A DNA stretch of 64,000 nt from an uncultured Candidatus Saccharibacteria bacterium. Lineage in GTDB: Bacteria; Patescibacteriota; Minisyncoccia; Phycocordibacterales; UBA9973. The stretch covers positions 1,286 to 65,285 of the forward strand of contig CAZDGL010000001.1 in NCBI GenBank assembly GCA_964505155.1, given 5' to 3'. Below, one piece after another: positions 9,232 through 16,471 of the stretch (within the stretch, counting starts at the first letter, position 1; each line of letters starts with the position of its first letter). The notes beneath the pieces are model-generated. The model ran no database searches, had not been told where the DNA came from, and worked only from the letters and a program-made list of their open reading frames with translations. The position numbers were made by a program, and so were the translations under genes.

Positions 9232-9305
9232 TGGTACCCAGTGAGGGAATCGAACCCCCGATGTCGCGGTGTAAACGCGATGCTTTCCCATTTAGCTAAC
9301 CGGGC
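9232..9305 (-). tRNA. tRNA-Val (anticodon UAC)
   Basis: Acceptor GCCCGGT/ACTGGGT (two G.U), anticodon stem TCGCG/CGCGA, loop TTTACAC, T-arm GGGGG-TTCGATT-CCCTC, CCA encoded. Confidence 0.65.
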
Positions 9306-9444
9306 ATAATAAAATCCGCTGCAGTGAAATAAGGCCGGTGCTTATTCCATACTATAACGAGTATGTCTGTTTAGCGACCGTGTCAAGGCATCGTTATATA
9401 CCAAGGATCCAAACGGCACAGAACTACAACTATCTGGTGGAGCT

Positions 9445-10080
9445 TCATCCCTTTCGGAACGAAACCCCTAACTTTCGACCTTTATACCATCCTTCTGGTA
9501 TCTGGTCAAGCTTTTTTATCTTACGATTCTCTGTTCCATTAGTGATCCACATAGATCCGAACTGAGAATTTTTCTCACCTTGTTGGTGAAGGGAATTAGC
9601 TTCACCTATTTTACGCTTATGATCATCTGAAAGATGTGACCCTGTAGAATCATATCCTAAATTTTTTTTAGCCCTATCAGCTAAAGCTTGTCTATGTGCA
9701 GAATTTGATTGTACTTTTAGTTTTGTGGCAATAATACTCTTGGCACGTTCTTCTTCAGTAAATCCAAATCTACGAGGTGTTAAATTATTTTGGTTGATAT
9801 ACCCAAATCCACCTTTACCACCGGGACAAATATTATAAGTGTTTGATAAATTACAAAAATCTTCAGTTACCAATTCAGCTTCCTTAGAGATCATATCGGC
9901 TTCATTATCGAATTGGTAGAGAATCTCTCGCTGGAAGTTCTCAATACCATATTTTTTAATAGCACGTCTGATCTGATTCCCAGACCCTAAGTACCTATCA
10001 TTCAGATCAGAAGTCTGATGCTTACCACGATAGATTTTACCATTAATCAGGTTTGTAGTCTGGTAGACGATATAATGCAT
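9445..10080 (-). CDS. GIY-YIG homing endonuclease (Seg-like), paralog family member
   Basis: MHYIVYQTTNLINGKIYRGKHQT...YLGSG motif; 211 aa; about 70% identical at the N-terminus to 39404..40060 and 6718..6951. Confidence 0.8.
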   Translation of the reverse strand: MHYIVYQTTNLINGKIYRGKHQTSDLNDRYLGSGNQIRRAIKKYGIENFQREILYQFDNEADMISKEAELVTEDFCNLSNTYNICPGGKGGFGYINQNNLTPRRFGFTEEERAKSIIATKLKVQSNSAHRQALADRAKKNLGYDSTGSHLSDDHKRKIGEANSLHQQGEKNSQFGSMWITNGTENRKIKKLDQIPEGWYKGRKLGVSFRKG

Positions 10081-10085
10081 AAAAG

Positions 10086-10132
10086 GGAAACTCCAGAACG
10101 CTTTTGCTATTATTTAGCGTTCTGGAGTTTCC
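10086..10132 (-). promoter_or_regulatory. 16-bp-stem hairpin with CTAAATAATAGCAAAA loop upstream of the GIY-YIG gene
   Basis: ggaaactccagaacgc / gcgttctggagtttcc; loop TTTTGCTATTATTTA; the SD lies in the 3' stem half. Confidence 0.6.
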
Positions 10133-10136
10133 GAAG

Positions 10137-10208
10137 TGGACTGATGGGGGATCGAACCCCAACTACCGCATTGCAAGTGCAGTGTGCTCCCATTATCACT
10201 ATCAGCCC
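10137..10208 (-). tRNA. tRNA-Ala (anticodon UGC)
   Basis: Acceptor GGGCTGA/TCAGTCC (G3.U70), anticodon stem CTGCA/TGCGG, loop CTTGCAA, T-arm TGGGG-TTCGATC-CCCCA; CCA not encoded. Confidence 0.7.
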
Positions 10209-10223
10209 AATAACTAACGAATT

Positions 10224-10297
10224 TGGTACCTGAGCCGCGAATCGAACGCGAGTGGACGGTTCCACAGACCGTCGCTTTACCACTAAGCTACTCAGGC
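10224..10297 (-). tRNA. tRNA-His (anticodon GUG), alphaproteobacterial type (no G-1, G1:U72, A73)
   Basis: Acceptor GCCTGAG/CTCAGGT with G1.U72, discriminator A, position -1 is U; anticodon stem ACGGT/ACCGT, loop CTGTGGA; T-arm TCGCG-TTCGATT-CGCGG; CCA encoded. Confidence 0.7.
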
Positions 10298-10327
10298 ATA
10301 ATCTCTATTACTTATATATGACACTTT

Positions 10328-10582
10328 TCACTCAGTGTCAACGGAAATCTTTTCGAGTGTGGATTTTCTTTTCACTTTGAAGAGTGGGGTAAGTTTGTAG
10401 ACGTAAACCTCATCCTCTTCAAGAAAATCGTCAAGATCGATATTGACGGGATCCTTCACGTCAAAAACGTACATATCCATATTTGATCCATCAGATCCAT
10501 CCAGATCAACCAGAGGATCGATGCCGGTCATTACCACATAGAAATCCTTGATTGAAGGACTTGGTTTCTTCTTAGCTGCCAT
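10328..10582 (-). CDS. hypothetical acidic protein
   Basis: Internal start MAAKKKPSPS with an AAGGA SD; the track's upstream start would lie inside the terminator hairpin. Confidence 0.4.
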   Translation of the reverse strand: MAAKKKPSPSIKDFYVVMTGIDPLVDLDGSDGSNMDMYVFDVKDPVNIDLDDFLEEDEVYVYKLTPLFKVKRKSTLEKISVDTE

Positions 10583-10593
10583 TTCTTTTTCCT

Positions 10594-10625
10594 TTGAAAA
10601 ATGGAGGAGCATTGTCTGCTCCTCC
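10594..10625 (-). terminator. rho-independent terminator (minus strand)
   Basis: GGAGGAGCA-gacaa-TGCTCCTCC followed by ATTTTTC, directly after the SPFH gene stop. Confidence 0.6.
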
Positions 10626-10642
10626 ATGTTTATAGTTTTATC

Positions 10643-11533
10643 TCACTGAGGAGTAGGTGTCAGATTCAGAAATGGTACTGCTGAACCCGGAATCATTTGT
10701 GCAGGAAGCTTTCCGTCCCACCGCTCAGCTTGCGTGAGTCGGATTAGATCCGGACTCTGCTTGAGAGCATCACCCTTGGCACGAATAGCATCAGCGTCTG
10801 CTTCACCTCGGATCCGAACAGCTTCTGCTGAGGCTTTGGCTTCAGCTAGTTGTGAGTCAGCACGTGCGTTTGCTTGCGTCACGGCAATCTCAGCATTGAT
10901 CTTTTCACGTTCGGCATTCTGACGGATCTTCTGAACTTCAACCTCGGCCATCATTCGGGCTTCGATAGACTGCTCATACTCGTCAGAAAAGTCGATATTC
11001 TCAATCTGAACCGAGATAATACTAACTGGACCTTCAACTGCAGCAATGATTGCTTGTTCAATATCAGTATTCAACTTAGCTCGATCCTGAACAATCGTTA
11101 CCGCATTATATCGACCGAACACGTTCTTGGTCTCTTCGTAAACCTTTGGATCAACCAAACGAAGGATCATATTGGATTCAGACCCATACTGTCGATAAAC
11201 CTCGTCTACAAAATCCGGTGCGATAACATAGTTCAATGAAAGTCGGACAGTTGCAGTCTGCTGGTCCTTAGAATATGCTGCAAGTCCACCAGTATACGTT
11301 CCGTCAGAATTCTGTGTTGCGTATGTTCGCACATTATCCCGAACCGAGATATCAACCACGTCATCTAGGAATGGAAGCTTGAATCCCAACCCCGGATTTG
11401 CTACACCCTGAAAAGCACCATTTCGAAGAATAACACCTCGATCACCCTCGTTTACTGTATAGAAACTTCCAAAAAACGTTGAAAGTCCTACGAGAGCAAC
11501 AATAAGAGCTAGTACACCTATTACATATTTCAC
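10643..11533 (-). CDS. SPFH / band-7 (HflK/C, prohibitin-like) membrane protein
   Basis: N-terminal TM then YTVNEGDRGVILRNGAFQGVANPGLGFKLPF...VRDNVRTYATQ (SPFH core) and an Ala/Glu-rich coiled-coil C-terminus; GTG start overlaps the upstream micro-ORF stop. Confidence 0.75.
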   Translation of the reverse strand: MKYVIGVLALIVALVGLSTFFGSFYTVNEGDRGVILRNGAFQGVANPGLGFKLPFLDDVVDISVRDNVRTYATQNSDGTYTGGLAAYSKDQQTATVRLSLNYVIAPDFVDEVYRQYGSESNMILRLVDPKVYEETKNVFGRYNAVTIVQDRAKLNTDIEQAIIAAVEGPVSIISVQIENIDFSDEYEQSIEARMMAEVEVQKIRQNAEREKINAEIAVTQANARADSQLAEAKASAEAVRIRGEADADAIRAKGDALKQSPDLIRLTQAERWDGKLPAQMIPGSAVPFLNLTPTPQ

Positions 11534-11646
11534 TTAGTTTCTCCTTTAGAAGTCTTGAAACGAATATTATCAATACACCACCATATTCCCATCCACAAGA
11601 CGAATGCGATTACGATGATGCCTACTGCTAGAAATAGCTTAGTCAT
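11530..11646 (-). CDS. small membrane protein (38 aa), translationally coupled
   Basis: MTKLFLAVGIIVIAFVLWMGIWWCIDNIRFKTSKGETK; ATGA and GTGA overlaps with the neighbouring genes. Confidence 0.3.
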   Translation of the reverse strand: MTKLFLAVGIIVIAFVLWMGIWWCIDNIRFKTSKGETK

Positions 11647-11725
11647 CTTTTGCGTCCCTTCCACACTGAAGAATAATCCAAATCATTGTTCCAATCAAAG
11701 CCACTGAGGCAAGAAAATAAAGCAT
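11639..11725 (-). CDS. small membrane protein (28 aa), translationally coupled
   Basis: MLYFLASVALIGTMIWIILQCGRDAKDD; its start overlaps the phosphatase stop (TAATG). Confidence 0.3.
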   Translation of the reverse strand: MLYFLASVALIGTMIWIILQCGRDAKDD

Positions 11726-12444
11726 TATGCCATCCACTCCGCATTTGTTTTAAATTTATCCATGAAGTTAAACTTCGAATCAATCTGTACAGTATTGTAC
11801 ATCATCAACTCAAACTCTTCATCTATCACAAGTGCGGACAATAGTCCACCGAAAACGCATGACGTATCGAGATTGATACGATTCTTTCTCCATGTGATAT
11901 CATCCTGTGGAGTATGTCCATGAACAACCTTTTTATCAAATGGATGAGTGTAGTCTAAAAACTTATCGCGGATCCAAAGTGAATCATTCCAGTTCTGGTC
12001 ATTCAGGGAATACGAAGGATTGACTCCAGCATGAACGAAGAAGTGCTTTCTGGTTTCATAATACTGACGAGTATTAGTCAGAAACTTCCAATGTCCTGCA
12101 GGAAGATAATCATACCCTATTGTGGTATAATCAAACCCATAAGACTTGTAGCACTCGGGATAATACTGATAATGACCAATAGATCCTTCGCGCATGGCTT
12201 CCATAAACATATCTTCGTGATTACCACGTAGGAAAACGCATTCTTGACGCATACCATACGCAATAAGTTTATCGATCACTCCCTTGGAATCAGGACCACG
12301 ATCAATGTAATCACCCAAAAAGATGCGGACGTGTTCTGGAAATTGCTTATCCAGAGCATCCAGCATTTCGTTCAGTTCGTTCAGACATCCGTGAATGTCT
12401 CCGATAGCGATATATTTACTCACTAGATTTCTCCGCACATGCAA
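11725..12444 (-). CDS. Ser/Thr protein phosphatase, PPP / metallophosphoesterase family (lambda-PPase-like)
   Basis: GDIHGC, GDYIDRGPDS and GNHE motifs in order. Confidence 0.85.
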   Translation of the reverse strand: MHVRRNLVSKYIAIGDIHGCLNELNEMLDALDKQFPEHVRIFLGDYIDRGPDSKGVIDKLIAYGMRQECVFLRGNHEDMFMEAMREGSIGHYQYYPECYKSYGFDYTTIGYDYLPAGHWKFLTNTRQYYETRKHFFVHAGVNPSYSLNDQNWNDSLWIRDKFLDYTHPFDKKVVHGHTPQDDITWRKNRINLDTSCVFGGLLSALVIDEEFELMMYNTVQIDSKFNFMDKFKTNAEWMA

Positions 12445-12486
12445 AAATATTAAAAAGATAAATAGCTCTATAAGGAGCTATCAAAA

Positions 12487-13131
12487 ATGTACTGTACATA
12501 TCTTACCATTTATTCAGGAAACTTATTGCCACCATTTTATATCGGGTATACTTCTATTTCAAGAATAGAATCTGGGTATAACGGAACAGTAACTTCACAA
12601 CGTTACGGAACAATATGGAAATCAGAACGAAAAGTCAATAAACATCTGTTCAAAACCATCATATTAAAACAATTCCATAACAGAAAAGAAGCATTATTAG
12701 CAGAATGTCAATTACATGAAAAATTAAAAGTTGATAAAAATCCTTTATATATCAACCAATCTTGTCAAAAATCAGACGGATTTACTTGTATAGGACACTC
12801 AAAGGAATCACGTAAAAGAATGTCAGAAACCAGAAAAGGTCGTAAAGGTCCAAATCTCGGTCGAGTATTAACTGAAGAATGGAAAGAAAATATCTCCAAA
12901 GGAAATAAAGGAAAACCAAAATCTGAAACTACAAAGAAAAAAATGTCGGAATCATTTAAAACTAGAAGATGGTGGACTAACGGTATTATTGATAAATTTA
13001 CGTCAGAATACCTCGGTGAAGGATGGAGACGTGGCATGAGAAAAAATCCTAATAGAAAAGGATTTCTTCCCGGTAATCAATATCGATTCAATCCAAAAAA
13101 CCATGATATTCCTGCCAAGCATGATAACTGA
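12487..13131 (+). CDS. GIY-YIG homing endonuclease (Seg-like) with NUMOD3 repeats
   Basis: YCTYLTIYSGNLLPPFYIGYT...; repeats SKESRKRMSETRKGRKG / TEEWKENISKGNKGK; preceded by GATAAATAG plus an SD-containing hairpin. Confidence 0.7.
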   Translation: MYCTYLTIYSGNLLPPFYIGYTSISRIESGYNGTVTSQRYGTIWKSERKVNKHLFKTIILKQFHNRKEALLAECQLHEKLKVDKNPLYINQSCQKSDGFTCIGHSKESRKRMSETRKGRKGPNLGRVLTEEWKENISKGNKGKPKSETTKKKMSESFKTRRWWTNGIIDKFTSEYLGEGWRRGMRKNPNRKGFLPGNQYRFNPKNHDIPAKHDN

Positions 13132-13936
13132 TGTATTCAACAACTCTATGTTTGTCCATTGCGTATAATCCTGCGCAGGCCAGTGAGTTAAGTTCTACGA
13201 TTTTTGGACCGTTCTCCGTCAATGCGACATCGCAGATATAGACAGAATCCGGTTGCCAGATATGGTTAGCCATCTTCCATGCCATATCCATACAGTCCTT
13301 ATCCCAATCATGTCGGATGTCAAGGACATTATCCCATCGGTATTCGGATCCATCGACCACTTCACGATTGACAATCAAAAACCGAAATTCGGCTTTGATG
13401 TTCTTTGCTGAGGAAATCAGGCATAGAGTCTCATCCTGAACACTGGTCAATTGCATGGAGGACGATAGCTCGTCTGCCACATTATCAATAGTGATAACAA
13501 ATCCAGTGAAAGTCTTGAACCCGGATACCGGACGAATGAACACGCAATCTGATTTGAAAATATCAAATACTCGAAGTGGATTATCTCTCACTTCTTTGAA
13601 AGGAAGAATGATGTAGTCCGCATTGAGTAGAGAATTCTTAGGAAGATTTGGGTAATAGAAATTGCAATTCATGTTCTGACCGATGCCGTAGGCACCCGGT
13701 GTGAAACCCATCTTGCATTTGGATACGTATCCATGTGTGCCATAAAGCACAACAATGTCTGCAGAAGTATATGGACCGTAATCCTGAACCTCTGCAAACG
13801 GAATGTATTTAGTTTCATGAAGGGAGCATCCGTGAGCTTTGATAGCTCCTAGAAGATCTCCTACCGTGGATCTAGAATCCAGAATATGAGTGTCAACTGC
13901 CCACGCTACTTGGTTTGGTGTATACCGCATTTTCAT
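13088..13936 (-). CDS. ATP-grasp-fold protein (putative peptide or amine ligase)
   Basis: C-terminal VYICDVALTENGPKIVELNSLACAG resembles the ATP-grasp E.N..PG signature; 282 aa. Confidence 0.45.
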   Translation of the reverse strand: MKMRYTPNQVAWAVDTHILDSRSTVGDLLGAIKAHGCSLHETKYIPFAEVQDYGPYTSADIVVLYGTHGYVSKCKMGFTPGAYGIGQNMNCNFYYPNLPKNSLLNADYIILPFKEVRDNPLRVFDIFKSDCVFIRPVSGFKTFTGFVITIDNVADELSSSMQLTSVQDETLCLISSAKNIKAEFRFLIVNREVVDGSEYRWDNVLDIRHDWDKDCMDMAWKMANHIWQPDSVYICDVALTENGPKIVELNSLACAGLYAMDKHRVVEYISYHAWQEYHGFLD

Positions 13937-14192
13937 ATTCTTCCATAGCTAATCTGGCTTCGTATGCACTAACGTGTACGTCAATTTCCATTTCTAGATC
14001 GAGTCCACATCGGTATCCTGTTTCATAATGGTTCCATACCAACCACGATCCTACGAATTTTCGGACTTGTTCTTTTCTCAAAACAAATCCGAAAATCTTC
14101 CACTCAGGAATCCGAAAGGTGACCAGTTTATCTCGATAAGCTCTGGTTCTATCTGCATCGAGATCTAGATAATGAACATCGATTAGTTCCAT
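13893..14192 (-). CDS. hypothetical protein
   Basis: 99 aa ORF. Confidence 0.35.
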   Translation of the reverse strand: MELIDVHYLDLDADRTRAYRDKLVTFRIPEWKIFGFVLRKEQVRKFVGSWLVWNHYETGYRCGLDLEMEIDVHVSAYEARLAMEEYENAVYTKPSSVGS

Positions 14193-14686
14193 TAGAAATC
14201 ACCATGATAGATGAGAGTATCTACCCGAACCGACTCAAGTGAGTCAAAGTATCCTACCCATGCACCACAGTAGATGGTCTGACCATCGAAATCGAAAGAC
14301 CACTTATCGATGTCCTGCTTCATGGAACGATAGCGAGTCTCGATCTCCGTCTTGAGACGATAGGCATTTTCAAGATTATCAAAGACCATGATAAACTCAG
14401 GGTTCCCGGTAGAATGACCGAAAGAGTCACCCGTCGAATAAGTCAACCACACAAGAATGTATGGCTTCCCAACTTCGAGATCGATATTCTTGTGGGTAGC
14501 TACCAGAGTACCACCTCTTCCAGAAGTGATGTATTCGAGATCCACCGTTCCGTGGTCGGATCTCCATTCACCCCACTCTTCACCAGAGTGCCAATATGAA
14601 CCACCATGAAGGTGATACTTCACATAATAGAGCTTCTCGTCTGGCTTCTGAATCTTCTTCTTGCCCATCAGATTCTCACTTCTCAA
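14192..14686 (-). CDS. hypothetical protein
   Basis: 164 aa ORF. Confidence 0.35.
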   Translation of the reverse strand: MRSENLMGKKKIQKPDEKLYYVKYHLHGGSYWHSGEEWGEWRSDHGTVDLEYITSGRGGTLVATHKNIDLEVGKPYILVWLTYSTGDSFGHSTGNPEFIMVFDNLENAYRLKTEIETRYRSMKQDIDKWSFDFDGQTIYCGAWVGYFDSLESVRVDTLIYHGDF

Positions 14687-15050
14687 ACTTGGATTTCAGC
14701 TTCAGATACGTTGCATACTCTTCCTGCTTCTGTTTGTCAAGACGAGCCTTATCTTCTTTCTTCTTTTGTTTTCGAGCCTCAGCATCCCGGTTCGATTCAA
14801 TAGCTATCCGAAGCTCATACTCATAATCGTTCTCTAAACGATATCCTTCCAGATAGCATTTAAGCTCTGCTGGATCATCATAATATCCAGTTTCAACATC
14901 AGCAGCAAAAATCATATCTTCAGTATGAATGTCCCATTCTGTAGATTTTGATTGAATGAGATCGATTAGCTCGGACGCATTGAGATAGACACATCCTGTC
15001 TTACCAAGGTCGTGCCTAAAATGCTTGTTTTCTCTTTTTTGATTTACCAT
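14676..15050 (-). CDS. hypothetical protein with basic, charged C-terminal tail
   Basis: 124 aa ORF. Confidence 0.35.
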   Translation of the reverse strand: MVNQKRENKHFRHDLGKTGCVYLNASELIDLIQSKSTEWDIHTEDMIFAADVETGYYDDPAELKCYLEGYRLENDYEYELRIAIESNRDAEARKQKKKEDKARLDKQKQEEYATYLKLKSKFEK

Positions 15051-15075
15051 TTGAGATCATCATAAATGAGGAGAA

Positions 15076-15151
15076 TGGTGCCCCTAGCAGGCTTCGAACC
15101 CACGACCTTCTACTTACAAGGTAGCTGCTCTACCAACTGAGCTATAGAGGC
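15076..15151 (-). tRNA. tRNA-Thr (anticodon UGU)
   Basis: Acceptor GCCTCTA/TAGGGGC, D-arm GCTC-AGTTGGTA-GAGC, anticodon loop CTTGTAA (27:43 G.A mismatch), T-loop TTCGAAG, CCA encoded. Confidence 0.7.
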
Positions 15152-15161
15152 ATTATTTGGT

Positions 15162-15425
15162 TTAAACGTATACCGTGATTGTCTTTGAAACAGGAAAGAC
15201 TTCCTTGACTTCAATTTCATCCGGTTCATGTTCGAAAGGTTGTTCGTCTTGATATTCCGTAGCACCCACCGAATAGGTAGTCTTATAGAATTTGCCTTCA
15301 TGTTCGAAAACAACTTCATGCTTGACAGACCACCGATCAGTATCGATAATCTCGTCTGAGATCAACTCAAGATCCACGTCACCCCAACAGACTAATTCCT
15401 GTAGATCATTCTTTTTGAATAACAT
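15162..15425 (-). CDS. hypothetical protein
   Basis: 87 aa ORF. Confidence 0.35.
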   Translation of the reverse strand: MLFKKNDLQELVCWGDVDLELISDEIIDTDRWSVKHEVVFEHEGKFYKTTYSVGATEYQDEQPFEHEPDEIEVKEVFPVSKTITVYV

Positions 15426-15450
15426 TCAATTACCTTTCATAATATGAAAA

Positions 15451-15526
15451 TGGAGGAAGCGGTGGGAATCGAACCCACTTAGCGACTGTTTTGCAGACAG
15501 CGACGTATCCAACCCGTCCCGCAACC
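15451..15526 (-). tRNA. tRNA-Cys (anticodon GCA), acceptor stem with two U.U mismatches
   Basis: Anticodon stem GCTGT/ACAGT, loop CTGCAAA, T-arm GTGGG-TTCGATT-CCCAC, discriminator U plus CCA; acceptor GGTTGCG/CGCTTCC pairs 5 of 7. Confidence 0.55.
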
Positions 15527-15658
15527 TTAAAACTTTATGCAAATGCCGGTGCACATCCTGCTAGGATGAGAAAAGCAATCACGACAGCAAGAACAGCGAT
15601 AATCCGGTCCTTGTTATCGAAGCTAGACCAAGTCGTCTTGGCCCAATTAATTAGTCCA

Positions 15659-15889
15659 TCAAACATCAGAATATCCTTTTTCAAATTCCATTATGTGGTC
15701 TATGATATTTTCATAGGGAGTCTCGGACATCTTGCGAGCAAGTTTAACCAGAGGTTCCCTAGAATGCATTTTCACTCGAATAAAATCTGGTGGTGTATAA
15801 AGGATTTCTCCAGTCTCCAGATATTGAATAACGAGACGCTTATTGTATTTCTTCACAATCGCTGTGACATACAGTCTCGGCCATTCCAT
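15659..15889 (-). CDS. hypothetical protein
   Basis: 76 aa ORF. Confidence 0.35.
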   Translation of the reverse strand: MEWPRLYVTAIVKKYNKRLVIQYLETGEILYTPPDFIRVKMHSREPLVKLARKMSETPYENIIDHIMEFEKGYSDV

Positions 15890-15908
15890 AACAAACGTCC
15901 TTTAAAAA

Positions 15909-15991
15909 TGGAGAGTGCAGAGGGATTCGAACCCACCTTTTCAATTCCGACTACGGATAACTGCTTAGAAGGCAGAACCGATTATGCACCC
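15909..15991 (-). ncRNA. aberrant tRNA-like RNA (canonical acceptor and T-arm plus CCA, non-canonical middle); anticodon-like loop CTTCTAA (UCU)
   Basis: Acceptor GGGTGCA/TGCACTC and T-arm GTGGG-TTCGAAT-CCCTC plus CCA are canonical, but the 46 nt between them cannot form both a D-arm and an anticodon arm of standard size. Confidence 0.4.
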
Positions 15992-16026
15992 ATATGATCT
16001 ATTTATAACCCATTCCATTCCACAAG

Positions 16027-16470
16027 TCAATTATTTTTTTCGGGAACTTCGTATTCAGGAATTTCCAGATCGACCGTAGCGGATTCACCTTCTTGCATTT
16101 GAATCATCAGATCAGGTTCCTGACCTTCGCTTGATTCTTCCAACTGCTTATGTCTGGACAGAATAAGCTTTTCAGCTAGATCGTCCGTATACGGAGTGTG
16201 GCAATAGATTGGCTTTACAGAATTCAACCAAAGATAAATGACTGGTTCATCAAGCTTGAATTCCAAAATCTCACGTCTGATTGATAGATCACATTCCACA
16301 CTCTGACCAGCAGTCATTTTGGACAAATGTAGAATTAATGGTGCTGCGGCAATCATGAAGAACACCGCAAAGACCTTTACCAAGCTTCTGGCATCAGACC
16401 ACAGAATGATGCCAGCAAGCGCGCAGACAACCAGAGTCAGTACAATCCATCCGATATAAAATTCGATCAT
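16027..16470 (-). CDS. membrane protein (2 TM) with acidic C-terminus
   Basis: Hydrophobic segments IGWIVLTLVVCALAGIILW and VFAVFFMIAAAPLILHL. Confidence 0.45.
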   Translation of the reverse strand: MIEFYIGWIVLTLVVCALAGIILWSDARSLVKVFAVFFMIAAAPLILHLSKMTAGQSVECDLSIRREILEFKLDEPVIYLWLNSVKPIYCHTPYTDDLAEKLILSRHKQLEESSEGQEPDLMIQMQEGESATVDLEIPEYEVPEKNN

Positions 16471-16471
16471 T

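Noticed and set aside
15491-15997. 168-aa plus-strand ORF with TTG start
   Set aside because: Spans tRNA-Cys, the tRNA-like gene and two minus-strand ORFs; no SD; composition typical of an antisense frame.
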